The translations under genes and the position numbers were made by a program. The notes below the pieces were generated by a model. That model did no database searches. It worked only from the letters and a program-made list of their open reading frames with translations, and was not told where the DNA came from. Positions 1 to 15,612 of a stretch of DNA of 64,000 nt are shown here, piece after piece; positions within the stretch are counted from its first letter, which is position 1; every line of letters starts with the position of its first letter. Source of the stretch: Octopus vulgaris (taxonomy: Eukaryota); the NCBI GenBank assembly GCA_951406725.2, contig OX597838.1, positions 6,634,001 through 6,698,000 on the forward strand, written 5' to 3'.

Positions 1-160
1 TCACTCTCTATGTCACGCTGAATATCCCCGAGAACTGCGTTAAGGGTACACGTGTCTGTGGAGTGCTCAGCCACTTACACGTTAATTTCACGAGCGGGCT
101 GTTCCGTTGATTCTGATCAACCGGAACCCTCGTCGTCGTAACCGACGGAGTGCTTCCATC
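1..160 (+). mobile_element. 3' part of tRNA-derived SINE family C (truncated by window edge)
   Basis: Near-identical to the reverse complement of about 47050-47206 (tcactctct.tgtcacgctgaatatccccgagaact...gtaaccgacggagtgcttcca). Confidence 0.9.
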
Positions 161-1269
161 CATACCTTAAATATACGCATAATTAATGCGTTCCAAACGT
201 TTTGTTACTTGCAGGGAGTGTACGTATTACTACAAGACTCGATAAATACTAGACGCATATATCTTAATAAACTATAGACGTTCGATTAATAACGTCTCAG
301 AAACTCGTGTAGTAATACACACACGTATCTACTTATACAAAGACATATATACAAGGATTAATATATATACAGGCATAGGTACGTGTGTGTGTTTCTACAT
401 TCATGTAAAATAATATTAATAATCTATTCTGAAGCAACTTTAAGAATAACAATTGTGCATCTGCTCTTAGTATGAATGATAATACAACGGAATTGTGTCA
501 AATAGGATGTATCTAAACACAAACACACAAGTATACACACATTCATATATCATATATATATAAATGTGTGTGTATGTATTTATATATATATAAGTTAGAA
601 GACATTCGTTAAAGCCGGGTATGTTAAAATCCTTGATAGCAAAGATTGCTTCATCCCACAGGTTGTGGTATTTTCCAAGAGATATAAAAATCATGTATAT
701 CTGGGAATTAATCAATTCTGTGTCACATATTCCAAAGATTCAATTTATTTTATTTGGGTATTTTATTGTTTATTTCATTTAATTTTTCATTTTTATTTCT
801 TTTCCGCAAAACTTTGCTTCAGTATAAGATAACAACAACGTTCCATGGTGTTCTAAGTCTTACGTCAATCATGAGAGGAAAAATTACGTTATGCCATAAA
901 GTATAAAGTATCTATCTTTGCATAATAAGGAAGAAAAATTAACGTTTGCCAAATAATATTCATGAGCTTGTCATATGCCAAAAACGGATGAGGTCGCAGT
1001 GATACGGAATGCGAAGTTTTAATTTATTAAATATTTTCTTTCTACACAATGAAAGTCGAACACTTCATGTAAGAGAGAAACACACTGAGGCAGAAGAAAA
1101 AATATATATGGAAGGCAGTGTTTAAGATTGACACAGTCTTCTTTGCGATCTACGAAGGCATCAGATTGCAAAGACGCAAATTGTTTGTATTGATTATTTC
1201 AGTGTGTGTGTCTATGTGTGTATGTGTTAAATGTTAGAGTTTGTGTTTGTGTGTTTATATCTATGCATC

Positions 1270-1776
<507 letters not shown>

Positions 1777-1879
1777 ATTAATAGTAATGGTATGACAAAA
1801 AAGAAATGAATGAGACCTCAATATTATGTAAATAGAGGAATTTATCTGTAAATATACTATGTGACAATTATTCAGTTGG

Positions 1880-1946
1880 CCTAATAAAGCTCCGAGTTTC
1901 GGAAGTCGGAGAGGAAATCTGCTCCGGTATCTCGTCAGTTATTAAG
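1880..1946 (-). ncRNA. Type-I hammerhead ribozyme motif (degenerate) in a Penelope pLTR-like cassette at about 1780-1952
   Basis: Minus strand: CTTAATAA-CTGACGA-GATACCGGAG...CTCCGACTTCC-GAA-ACTC-G-GAGC-T-TTATTAGG. It has an 8-bp stem I, a canonical core and stem II CGGAG/CTCCG; U16.1 is replaced by C. Confidence 0.7.
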
Positions 1947-2764
1947 AAAATCATATGTATATATATATGTGTGTGTGTGTGTTTGTGTGTGTTTGTGTGT
2001 ATACTTCCAGATATGGATATATGCAAATGCCTGTACTAATGCATATATGTAATATACGTGTTTTATTGACGGTGATCCATTCTAGATATCCAAATGCTTT
2101 TTTCAAACAAAATTTAAAAGCCTAGATGTTGCTATATGTGGATGCAAAACCTCTGAGAACTGAGTGCGCCGCATCCTATTACAGAAACAGCTGTAAGGTA
2201 TTAAAGTTCATTGCATCATTTCTTTATTCTACCATATCATTCATACAGATGTGTTTGTATGCATATACGTACAGCTGTTTTGCACGCATATTCATATGCA
2301 CTGGTTATAACATATACGTGTGGAATAATATCACGAAATATCGCGTGTATTTATGGAGTCTGCATGTTTTGTTCGATTGATTCCGGTGTTACATGAAGTA
2401 AAGTAACGAATTGTGTCTGCTTTCTCTTGTTTACTCGAGAATTCGCAACGAACTCGAACCCACAAGAGTAAACGAGAGAAAGAGAGGCAGTCAGAAACAA
2501 GGCAAATGCCTCTTGTATTTGAACACTATACAAATATTCCTTTAAAAAAAACTTTTAATGTTTCTAAATTTAATTGTTTTCCGTACTTAAAGTTGAAAAA
2601 GTCTCAATGACTGAAACTGGTACTGAAGTTTTTTATATAAAATTATTTTAGCATTTTCTATCTTGACTTTTTTTGCATATATATAAACTCGTGTGTTCCT
2701 TTCAACCTTCTACACCACATACACGCTCACACACACACACATACACACACACACACACACACAT

Positions 2765-2799
<35 letters not shown>

Positions 2800-2859
2800 C
2801 ATGTGTGTGCGTGTATGTATGTATGTATGTGTATATATATATGTATATAGTTTCCTCTT

Positions 2860-2942
2860 ATCATAACCACACAAGTCTTTGATAGACCCGGGGTTATATT
2901 AGGAGATATTTTCCCAAGGTGTCACAAACTGGGACCGAACCG
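2860..2942 (-). mobile_element. Degenerate fragment of SINE family B
   Basis: cacaagtctttgatagacccggggttata...cccaaggtgtcaca..ctgggaccgaacc resembles 29546-29625. Confidence 0.6.
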
Positions 2943-3142
2943 ACATATAAGCTGTTGGAAATGCGTTGCTGATTTTGTGGAATGGTAACGTTTTTTGAAG
3001 AATATTTCTGTAGAATCAACATAAGCGTATATTCACAATTTGTGACTGAAGCACAATCACATTAACAAACATGCAGTTTCATAACTTCGTGTATCAACAA
3101 GCATACTCACAACCATACATACACACACACACACACACACAT

Positions 3143-3174
<32 letters not shown>

Positions 3175-3227
3175 ACACGCACCCATATATTATATACATA
3201 TATACGTATATACATATATCTGTATGC

Positions 3228-3291
<64 letters not shown>

Positions 3292-3292
3292 G

Positions 3293-3324
<32 letters not shown>

Positions 3325-3329
3325 CAGAT

Positions 3330-3369
<40 letters not shown>

Positions 3370-3979
3370 CAGACAGAAAGAGAGAGAGAGCATAGCACAA
3401 GGCGTTAATTGCGATCTAATGATGTAAATATTAGGAGATTAATAATTAGTTAATTAACGAAAATAGTCTGTAATCATATTCAATTGTCTCAATTCCTAGA
3501 ACATACAAGCACATGCATACCAAACAAAACAAAAACACATAAAAAATGGTATGGGGAGAAAATATTCACACATTTGTATTGATGAAGACTAAATTAGGCT
3601 ACTGTATTAACGCTTGTACGAGTTACGATATTTACACGAGATTTGCAATTATATAAATTGTGAATGGAATCATTCAGCGAAACGGATAGTAAATAAACAA
3701 ACATGCCTAAACAAAACTGTATGGCTAAATACAGAAATAAATAGTAATTGAATAAGTAAGGTTTGGTAATGAACGAAAAGGTAAGATACGAAGTTGTAAT
3801 GAACTAGAAATAAATTTACGATGAATCTCAAGGGCCACACCTTCTGTTATTCAAGCACTAAATTATACGCGCGTGGTTGGACGTCACTAAATTTATAAGA
3901 GACATTAACAGTACATGATGGATACTAATAAACAGATTTATCTGAAATATTTATAGCCAACTGGTTGATATACTAGTTC

Positions 3980-4116
3980 CATAATTTCACACGACACCAG
4001 TTAGTATGGGGGCAGCGAAAAGTTTATCAGATAGGACCCCACCCCACTGTTATTAACTGCTCTTTATATTATCAACGTGAAAAGGATGAACGATAAAGTT
4101 GAACCCGACAACTTTT
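3980..4116 (-). mobile_element. Old SINE family A fragment
   Basis: ttatcaacgtgaaaaggatgaacgataaagttgaacccgac matches the family A core ttatcgaccccgaaaggatgaaaggcaaagtcgacc. Confidence 0.6.
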
Positions 4117-4924
4117 AGGCGTGCTTGTGCAGTAGAGTCCGTTCCAACAGACAACCACGTGAAAGAGGATATGATTATCACTTGTTTCCAGTTTTGTTAT
4201 TCGAGTATTTAGATGAAGCTCTTACATTAAGTTTCAGCATTGCATAGGAACGGCATGCAATACAAATGTGGCTTATGTATTTATTACGTAACGCCTTTGG
4301 TTGATAATAGTCAAATTGCATTTAATTATTTCATAGGCTTTCGATACGCACAAATTACAAAACCGTTATTACATTTGTTCAGTTTTGCCTTGCATTTCAC
4401 GTACCAAGCTGTTTATTCCCCCTCGATTCCATTATCGTTGAGCAAACAGAAGGGAAACTAAGTAAGGATGTAAACTTAGCTTTCATTCTATCCCGAAATC
4501 TGCAACAATGGTAATAGCATCTACATTTGCATTTACTTAATGTAACCCCAATGTAAACATATTCGTATCATGACTTGTTTAGGGCGAGAGTGAGAGAGAG
4601 AGAAGAAGAAGAAGAAGAGAGGAAAGGAGAAAGAAAGACAGAAGGAGAGAAAAAGAGTGAATGAATCAGACACTATCAGCGATCCTAGACTCGCATTTTT
4701 GGTAGAATGCCTCTAGAACAGGCGTTTATTTAAAATTCAAATATGTCCACTGTTTTCTATAATCGGTAACTGTATAAGCACCAAACGGACATGTGTATCA
4801 AATATCGAGTAATGTCGTTCGAGATATTCATTATTTTACAGGAAGACATATCCATGTTTGGTGTTAGGAAATTGCACATCTGGAGAAGCGCAGGTCAAAA
4901 GGTTTATGTATGTGTATAGAAAGG

Positions 4925-5009
4925 TAGAGAGAGAGAGAGGGAGAGAAAGAGAGAGAAATATACATAAATGGATGGAGATAGAGACAGAAGTACAAGTAGA
5001 TAGATAGAG

Positions 5010-5073
<64 letters not shown>

Positions 5074-5232
5074 CGATAGATAGATACAGAAAGAGACAGG
5101 CAGACAGACACAGACAGACAGGCAGGCAGGCAGGCAGGCAGGCAGACAGGCAGGCAGACAGGCAGGCAGGCAGATAGAGATAGAGAGAGTGATAGAAACA
5201 GAGGCAGAGAAAGATATATATATATAGAGACA
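4925..5232. repeat. Compound (GA)n/(GATA)n/(GACA)n/(GGCA)n microsatellite
   Basis: Directly visible. Confidence 0.95.
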
Positions 5233-5593
5233 AAAGCAGAAAACTAGAGAGTTAGATACAGGGGAATATTTAGATATTCAAGAGTGTATAATAACAGGAC
5301 AGGATATGTAGATGTCAACGCACTGATGTGCTTCTTTATGTGTTTGTGTGTGTGTATGTGTGGATGTGTGTGAGGGTGTGTGTGAGAGAGAGAGAGAGAG
5401 GGTATGAGAGAAACTGTTTGAATTTGAGATAGTAACATTCCATACTTATATATAAATATAATCGTGAAGTTATCTACAAATGCATCTATATTTCAATCTA
5501 TAATTGCATGCCTACAGTTGCATTGTCAAAAGTTACATATTTACTATAAAGATATACTTAGATATTCACAACCACACACGAGCGTGTGTATTC

Positions 5594-5686
<93 letters not shown>

Positions 5687-5793
5687 TGTGTGTGTCTGTG
5701 TGTCTGTGTGTGTTTGTATGTATATTTATATGTGAGTATTTATATGACTATTATATAATATGGATACATGTGAGTATAAAATTATGCAAATGA

Positions 5794-5832
<39 letters not shown>

Positions 5833-6133
5833 TTGAATACATACAGGCACACATGTATATATGTATATATACACACTTAAGTGTTCGTGTACATTAATAA
5901 AAGCTATTCCAATATTATATACACCTAACATAAATAATTTTATAAATTATACACTCCATTGTTATTTTCAAATTTTATACAGCCTTATTTCAGTATCATT
6001 CCTTTGTGTATATATAAACAGTTTTCCTGGCAACCAAATTACTATGTAACCAGTTTATACTAGTACAGAAGCGCGTGCGCAGACATATACGTAGATATAT
6101 ATGAATATCTACACAAATATATGTATACGTATA

Positions 6134-6200
<67 letters not shown>

Positions 6201-6241
6201 TTATATATGTATATAAAAATATATATTTATATATATATATG

Positions 6242-6278
<37 letters not shown>

Positions 6279-6533
6279 ATTTAAACTTTTACACACTTGC
6301 ATGTATACATATATCTATTAACTTAAAACCGCATTTCGAATTACATATATACATAAACACTGGCGTTTATATTCAATCATCCTGACACACGCATACTCAT
6401 ATATTTATATATGAAGTATAGCAGGTTTCTTTCTCTCTCTCTCTCACTATATATATATATATATATATATATCTATATATACACACATAGACACACATTC
6501 TCACAAGTAAATACACGCTGGCTGATAAATATA

Positions 6534-6613
<80 letters not shown>

Positions 6614-7427
6614 ATGTATGTATATATGCTCAGCTTAAAATGTATATATATATACGTGTGTTGCATGTAAGTGTGGTTTTGTGTGTGTGTTTGTGTGTGC
6701 GTGTTGTTTTGTGTGAAAAAGTTCTATAATTTCACTTCTATGTCAATCACACACGCATACAATTCCGAACGTAGAACCTTAACTTCGACGCATCCGCCTT
6801 ACTCTGACGCACAAACACCGCATAAAGTCAAAAGGAAAGAAACAAAACATGCTATCAAATATACAAAATGGTGGTCTCTGCAACGAAAGTGTTTATTTGC
6901 AATCGAAATTCAAATAAAAACATAACATTTCGGTGTATAAATTATACTGAAAGCTCGTATGACTTCAGCCTACCGTGTATTATTATAACGCAAAGCGAAA
7001 TCCACATGTTATTAGGGTCTCACGCGATATTCCCATCATATCATCTCAACTATTGACTCCGAGTTGGAAGACGTTGGCAACTGGCCAGATCGAAATGCCA
7101 GTACAGAGGAAAGAGTAAACCGACGTGGATATGTTGTGTTCTTCGGTCTCAAGTCGGAGATCTGTGGTTTGTTTCGTTAATACAGTTTTATGTTTATTCA
7201 TATATGCGCGTTTTATTATATATTCTAGTTTTATTTTCTTAATCATGTTAACACATTCATGCGCACGAAATTATATACGATCACACATACCCTCACATGC
7301 ATAATTAGATGCTGCAAGAGATACATACACACACATATATATATACATATATCTCTGTATATAGATAGATATGAAGTTATATACATGCATATATATGTAT
7401 GTGCCTATATATATATATATATGTATA

Positions 7428-7489
<62 letters not shown>

Positions 7490-7496
7490 TAGATAG

Positions 7497-7669
7497 TATT
7501 TTTCTCTCCTTGTTACTCTCCTTATATTTTTCTGTGTCCTTTTCTGTAGAAGCGCGTAGGCTCGAAACGTAAAAGACATTTTAAAAAAATTCCTGAGCGT
7601 AATACTAATACATCTGTTTTGTTTTATACACCACCTTTCTTCGTTTTTAGTTTTTTTCGTGAACTCTCC

Positions 7670-7670
<1 letters not shown>
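7497..7670 (+). mobile_element. Penelope pLTR-like cassette with hammerhead-like motif (7536-7577, core CTGTAGA)
   Basis: ctttt-CTGTAGA-AGCGC-GTAG-GCTC-GAAAC-GTA-AAAGAC followed by ttcctgagcgtaatactaa. Homologous to 19462-19580 and 46480-46761 and flanked by microsatellites. Confidence 0.7.
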
Positions 7671-7742
<72 letters not shown>

Positions 7743-7787
7743 CCAGCTTAGAGAAGAAGAAACGAAACGAAACCAAACGAATCGAAT

Positions 7788-7827
<40 letters not shown>

Positions 7828-10800
7828 GCGGTGAATAAACTGTTTCCAAAATACACAAAAATGAAAGACTGACACCCCATTTTCACAGATATACCACTCT
7901 ATTACCCGTGTATCTCTTCCACCCTGTATTCTGTTTACGCAAGTATTCATAGTGAATATTTTCTCTACGTTCTAATTTGGCATTAAACTTCCTGAAGAGA
8001 AAATTTGGGTTTTATACTCATATGTATATATATAATTTTATTCCTTTTGATAAAATGTTTAATAACATGCGTATTGTTTATTGCGTTATTTTGTACACCC
8101 ATGTGCTTAATATGTATATTAAAATTATTAGAAATTCAGCAAGTAATGAAATAAATGTAAATATTATTAATCCTTTGCATGTACGTGCAACATCCCTTAT
8201 AAATGAATTCGTGTCATTTCTCAATCATTTGCTCCTGCCTCTTCCTTAATTATCCGCTCAAACATCATGGCTCATCTCGACATTTTCTGATCTTTGAGAT
8301 TACCTTATCCTGATAGAGCAACTAGAATCCGCCAATTACATTGCTCCGAGCCCGAATTCGTTGCGTATCTACTTTACACTTTCAATGGTATCTTCTCACA
8401 CTCAGTACCTACATACATACACCACGCTCACACACACACACACACATACTTGTGTCTTCCTTAAACATAGCAATTCAAACTCAGCTGTTGTAAACATTTG
8501 TTTCCTTTTTGTATTTGCTTCTTCTGTTTCTTTTCTTTTTCATTTTGTTTGTGGTCGGTTTAAAAATAGGTTTCTTTTGTAATGTTTCCTATACGAAATT
8601 TCTTCTCCCGACAACTACATGGGAATTTTTTTATTTTCAAACAGCTACATTATCCGATACTATTTTCTCCTGTGCAACAGATGTAATATAATATAATATG
8701 ATGTCAGTATTTGAGTATCCCGGAAGACCTCTCGAAATACCTCCCAATTTCCTACTTATTCATTGAAATTACTTAAATTATTATACATGCTTCGTAATAT
8801 ATATTTATTTACTTATCCAGAAATAATTATTACAGAAATGTAATCGTTAAAATGCTGAATTAATTCCCACAATTAATTACTTTTCTAACATTAATGACCC
8901 TCACAAAGGAAAAATAACTAGCCTAATACATATTGAGGGCCGACACTATGAGCTATAATCATCTCCTCTCTTCGTAGAAATATTGTTATTTTTCTTTTTA
9001 GTTCTGGCAAATTTCTCGAGTTACTCGATGTAGAAGTTATATTTTTTATTCTGTTATTCATATTAAATTTGTGGAAGTATATTCTTTTATGCTTTCTTTT
9101 CAGTTTTTGGCAGTCTTAAAGAGACAATAACAACGAAAGTTGTCAACTGTCTAAACCAACCGGAATATTGATACAAAAAAAATTTGAAACGAAACACAAA
9201 AATAAAAGTTTAAAACATAGGCCCAAATCTGGAAAATTTTCAAAATTCTATTTTCTTTGCAAAACTATGATGTATATTGAAAACAATAATGCCAGGTTGT
9301 TAACATTGGCACTTTTAAAATTTAGCTGAGGCTATATTTAAATTAAACAAGACGAATAAATTGCTCAAGTTGCCAAAATATATTAAAGAAAATATTAGAC
9401 GATCGCTTCACTTAAGCCATCAATTTAAATAACTTAAGTCATCAACTTAAAGTAAGACTTGTTAAAAATTCGACAATAAAAAATAGAATGTATTTTAAAT
9501 GATTAGTATACGAAAATGAATGATAATGCTGTGATGTTCATCTCTTAATAATATACACCTGTGGCTTATATTTTAACATCTGGTGTACAACAAGGTAATT
9601 TTTTTTTCTTTTCTCTTGTCCAAAGACACAGAAGACATCTTTTTCAATTTGCTGGATATTTTTTAGTGCTCAACCAGAATAAAATTGTGTGTGAGCCTTC
9701 CCGGTGTCTGTGAGTGTAATGAGATTGTGGGAACAAGGGATTCCGAAGATTAGACAATTGTTATAATTCTTGCATGAGATGGACAAGGTAAATGACAGAC
9801 AAGGAAAAGATAGTAATTCTCAATCTGGCAATGAAGTAAATCTGCTCCCTAAGGAGATCTCTTCGCGACTTCAGTTGATAATACTTATAACCCGAAAGAG
9901 AAACAGAACAAGGCATCATTTTCGATGGATCACATTATACTTTGTCTTGACTAAAACATCATGTCTCATATATGTATGCACGTACGTAGATAGGTAGGAA
10001 GGCGATTCTTGGACTAAATATATTTGTGGATTTTATTATCTAGCAACAGCCCCACACTATTGTATTTCCCATTTTCTCGCAAGGACCCCAAATCTTCATA
10101 CATTTCTATAATAGTATTTTCAGAAGTACTTAAAGTTTTTTGCAAATTCCAACTTAAACGGTAAGATAAAAGAGTGTTTGTTTTTAAATTGTATTTATGT
10201 ATTTATTTTTCCTGTTACCAAAAGCTATTTACGAAAAACAAAAAAAAACAATGGTATTCACAGAACATAGGAGCAAATTTTAGGTTTCACACAGATATTT
10301 TTGCTGGCTTCAGGGTTCTTTTGTTGGTTTTAGTCAACTCTTCTATTTGTGATGTTTGATAGAATAAGCCATATTTTATTACTCCGATTTTTTTGCTTTA
10401 TAATATTATGTCTTCGTGTTGGCTTAAAATTGTTAACTATTAGTGAACGATCAGATGTCGTTTCATGTTATTTCTGCCGAGAACCATGAAATAAAGAACA
10501 AAATATAAATATGCAAGCCTTAACAAAATTAAATGTAAAAAATAGATAATAATAAATATCGTAAATAAAACAAAAATTAATGCGAAATAATATTTAGAAA
10601 TAGCAATGTGCAGAAAGTACAATCGATGTCAAGGGTGGAACTGAAATAAGCGATTCGAATTTTATGGTTATTATAGGTAAATACGACTGCAGGACTTCGA
10701 AAGTCTGTGTTAATATTTTTCTTTAAAATAGCATTTGCTTTAAGATTATTAAAGGACATTAAAACCAAAGTAGATACAATGTAGTGTTGGATATGGAAAA

Positions 10801-10964
10801 CAAAATCGGGGTTTGTTACATATGGAATGGCCTGCATGACAAATTTGGGTGAAGCCTGACCAAGGGCTAAACAAGCAGGCGATCAAGAACACGCTTTGTT
10901 ATTTATCGGGCAACTTATGTGTGATTCTAACTACGCGCGATTGTGTCTGTGTGTGTGTGTGTAA

Positions 10965-11007
<43 letters not shown>

Positions 11008-11579
11008 CGTGTGTGTGTGTGTGTGTGTGTTTGTGCACTCGCGTCACAACATGTTTGAATGTAGATAACTAGAACTGCGTGGACGATTTAGATTTTTAAT
11101 CATGATAGCGTTAATTTGTTATTTAGAAGTTTGTGAATCATGGATATTCATAAACAAACAGTAAACTACATTTTGTATTTGAGAGACTGACATCACAAAA
11201 ACGAACGACTCATGAGAAAAGAAAAAAATAATCAAAGACCAACAAACAAAAATGCAAACAAGTCTTTTTGATTTTTCTAATTGTTTTGTTTCAGTAATAT
11301 TCATCTAATGAATAATTTATCGATGCTAAGCTAAAGTTGTAAATTAAAGAACACTATAATGGTTTGTATCTTTTTTCGCTGTTGTTTCATATCTATTTTA
11401 TTTGTGTTCTAGTTTTATTGATATCTTTGTGCGTTTTATTACCGAGATTTTATTTCAAAGTTGACGGAGAATTGTGGTTGGATTTAATGCACGTAGATAT
11501 TGTATATTCGCTTGTTACAACTGGCCTCATCGCTATTCACAAGAATCGTATAAACATCATCTCCTTGTAGATATGCATA

Positions 11580-11923
11580 GCTATGTTACGTTCATACAAA
11601 CCAACTTTATTTTCGGTGATATTTCCCCGGTATTTTTGTCTGAAACAATGATATGCAATTACCAGTTAAAAGGATGTAGGTCAACCATATGTATCATGGA
11701 ATATATTCTTCATACACATAGGCAATCGTATGCACCTCTCTCACTCCCATCTTCCTTATCAAAGTTTGTGTACCAAAACCTACACCAATTCCTATATAGA
11801 GATAAATAACTAATGGCAGTGTGAATTGAATTATTTGCAGAGTCGAAATATTACGGTTTCCTTTAATTATATCAGGGTCCAGATAATATTCAGATAAGTT
11901 GGTTTGTATGAACGTAACATGGC
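11580..11923. mobile_element. Unclassified MITE-like element with 25-bp perfect inverted repeats
   Basis: atgttacgttcatacaaaccaactt (11583-11607) is the exact reverse complement of 11896-11920. Confidence 0.7.
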
Positions 11924-12615
11924 ATGTATAAACCCGATCCAAACACAAGGTTTACAACAATCAAATATAGGAAATTGGGTAATAACCCGGAATAAATATG
12001 ATATTACTGAGAATAACTGCGACAGCAAATACATACTTTATTTTCAATGACATAATTATTGAGAATACTGCATAGGGTTGAAGACAATTGGCAGATCCTT
12101 TGTGGCATTGGATGAACTGACTTAGGATTGTTTCGGATACAGTTATGCCTGTGGCTACCATCTTTTACAGTCGATCGAGCTTGAGATGGACTCAAGGCAG
12201 GGAGAGTGTATACCAGGTTTGCAGCCTATTACATGGAGCGCAATATATCACATTTACATATATATTCATTCCTCTAGTGAATAAAATGCGAAGTCAAAAA
12301 TTGAAGAAATAGAAATAATTTAGGCGAGTAAGAATACAAGGGATTTCATATCAGATATAATACTTTGAAGATATTGAAATTACATAAACGCAGACGCTCA
12401 TAAACACACGTGCTGTCGGTGAAATTTTTCCTACTATGCACTTTTTTCTGTTTCCCCATCTGACTAAGAGCGTTGCACGAAACGTCGATGCTATCTTTAT
12501 TAAAAAGCGTGAAACTAACACATTTCATGTCCACGTCTTCTTTTTGGTTTTTATATAATATCTAATGTTCGATTATTCGATTAGACTGTGCCAAAAACCA
12601 AACAACCTCTACATT

Positions 12616-12702
<87 letters not shown>

Positions 12703-12707
<5 letters not shown>

Positions 12708-12850
12708 AAGGGAATATTATTTCTAACTTATAGGGAAAAATTCAATTTAGAAATACTAAATCAAAATTCACAAAATATGATATATATATAAAAATTAGAA
12801 AATACACCTTTTATCAATTCAAAATGAACAATTAAATTACATATAATAGA
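12703..12850. repeat. AT-rich repeat fragment adjacent to (TA)n, weakly related in inverted orientation to 15610-15715
   Basis: Reverse complement gaattttgatttagtatttctaaattgaatttttcccta vs aaaattggatttaatcctgtaaatctgatttattcccta. Confidence 0.3.
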
Positions 12851-13478
12851 AAGATTAAAATGAAATATCAATAATATACCGATGATTAAGTAAATTGCAA
12901 AATAATAATAATAACGTATATATGTATGCGTGCATGCGTGTCTGTCTGTGTGTGTGTGTGTGTGTGCATTTACTCCACAGAGACACGAAGACTGTAGTAA
13001 TACGATGCATTAGGCAGAAGATTTGAAGGTTTTGTAAAGACAAAGCGATTGAAAAGGAAATGTACTCAACAGTAAGTATCGCGAATTTAGGATTACTTTG
13101 TTTATTACTGAAAATAAATTTTTGCAGGGCGATAGCTTTAATACCCTTCATCTTGGCTACTGAAGAATGGTGGACGCGGCTACAGGAATGTGCCTATTTC
13201 TTTTATATTCTTTTTGTTAAAATGATTTATAGTTCAATAAAGGGAAATCTATCATGTATGTATCAATAGTATCTAGAAAATGCGTTAATCAATATTTTTT
13301 CAAATAACCATCAATATTATATATATACATATAAGTGTGTGTGTGTGCATGTGTGTATATGTATGGATACATATATATAATTTGTATATATATATGCATA
13401 TATGTAACTTATATGTATATGTATATATTTTATAGATACTTATATATATAGTTTGTCTATATACGTATAAATATAATT

Positions 13479-13522
<44 letters not shown>

Positions 13523-13533
13523 TATACACACCC

Positions 13534-13571
<38 letters not shown>

Positions 13572-14171
13572 GTGTATATATTTATACGCATATATATATA
13601 TATAAATATATATGTGTGTGTGTGTGTATATATATATATACGTGTTCTGGTCAATAAGCTTCCTTACTGTTGTCATAGTAATGACACAGAGTGAAACCGG
13701 TTGGCACAGATTCACCATGGTCTCTACTGTAAAAGCGCATTATGTTTCCAGGTCTGTTCTGCTGGTTGCCGGTCTCCCAGAACCTTCGTCAGTATCCACA
13801 TTTTTTCAGCCGCCTTGTAACCGTGTAAACAACTAAACCACTTGTACATATGTGTGCGGATCACAATACCCTCTCCATGCAATTGATTGGGCCTCTGATC
13901 ATGTATCTCTGTGACAACTGTTTCTCTCATGGCAAATGCGACAATCACACGCTACACACCTCGGTTCCAAACACTGCTGTAAACAGTAGAAATGAGCTAG
14001 GACTTTGACACGTAGTCAATATGCAAAGCAGGGATCAAAGCCAATCTTTCCTAAGCGGCTTTATTCTGCGTGCTTTAGTTTCGTTAACATGGCAACAGTC
14101 CGGATACTTCTTGTTCAGACTTCGTACTTATATACATACACACAACCACATAACTGTGGTAGTGTCTGTCT

Positions 14172-14371
14172 ACACGTTTCCCGGTTTCTATGCCGTATGT
14201 GTTCCACAACAGGACGGGACGCCAGTCCATCGCAGCGTTGCTCTTTGTTGCCAGCTGAGTGGATTGGAGCGACGGGAAATGAAGTGTTTTGCTCAAGAAC
14301 GCAACGCGTCGCCCGTCCATGAATCGTAACCACAAACTTATGATCATGATGCTGACACCCTAGGCCACGCG
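14172..14371 (-). mobile_element. Degenerate tRNA-derived SINE family D (CORE-like plus V-domain-like segments)
   Basis: Minus strand: gcgtggcctag...gtggttacgattc (A/B-box-like), then ttgcgttcttgagcaaaacacttcatttc and gcgatggactggcgtcccgtcc. Domain names are from recall. Confidence 0.65.
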
Positions 14372-14455
14372 CATCCACATACATACATATACATACATAA
14401 ATATATGTATATGTATATTTCTATACATGTATATGTATGTATATATATATATTAT

Positions 14456-14517
<62 letters not shown>

Positions 14518-14568
14518 GGTCCCGGGTTGAGTCGGGGTTAACCACAGTAAATAAGGTACTCAATACAT

Positions 14569-14617
14569 GCTTCCTGATGATTTCTTTTGAATGAAACAGT
14601 TCTAGTCCTGTAGAAGC
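14569..14617 (+). ncRNA. Type-I hammerhead ribozyme, near-canonical, in a cassette of about 120 bp (14515-14635) between two (TA)n tracts
   Basis: GCTTC-CTGATGA-TTTC-TTTT-GAAT-GAA-ACAG-TTCTAGTC-CTGT-A-GAAGC. Stem I is 5 bp, the core is CUGAUGA/GAAA, stem III is 4 bp and the cleavage triplet is GUA; the first pair of stem II is U-U. Confidence 0.85.
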
Positions 14618-14629
14618 TCCTTCTATAAA

Positions 14630-14683
<54 letters not shown>

Positions 14684-14834
14684 ATTGAATTGATATAAAC
14701 TGTTAGGTTCAATAGAATGAAGTAAAGATATACGTATGCACACACACAAACACACAAACACACATATACCTGTCGCTGCATGTGTGTGTGTGTTTGTGTG
14801 TGCATTTGTGTATGCCTGTGTGGATATTAATTTC

Positions 14835-14898
<64 letters not shown>

Positions 14899-14907
14899 TA
14901 TATACAA

Positions 14908-14989
<82 letters not shown>

Positions 14990-15550
14990 ATATATATCGC
15001 ATTTATATATATATGTGTGTGTGTGTGTATGTATGTATACGTCATACACACTCTCTTTGAATATGTATACTTATATAGGTGAATCTGTTGTGTGCGTGAG
15101 TGTGTAAATCGAAATATTATTCGTGAATATGTAACCATTTGGGACTAAACAACATAATCATCGGTGTGACCTTCATAATATTTCAATTATTATTACGAGT
15201 AGCTGTATTTAAAGCCAATTATTCAATGACATAGACATCAAAGGGAAAACAGCGAATGTAAAAACAAATTCGAATAGATGCAGAGGCTATTCATAAATTC
15301 AGAATACTGAATTAATTAACATCATTAATTACGTTCACTTTAATATAACGCAAACATATCGACAAGATTCAAACCGTTTTGTAAATGAACTGGTAGATAA
15401 TTATGTTTAAAATTCGAATTAATTAACGTTGTTATCAGATAAACTCTACGCTATATTTCCGTTATGTACTTTTCATATAATACTTATTAAAGAAGAAAAT
15501 AGGTGTAATAAATTGCTGAGATAGATTGGTCTTTAAAAGTTCCATTGATA

Positions 15551-15612
<62 letters not shown>

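Noticed and set aside
13735-13798. CTGACGA...GAAAC on the minus strand as a hammerhead
   Set aside because: No convincing stem I, stem III or NUH triplet.
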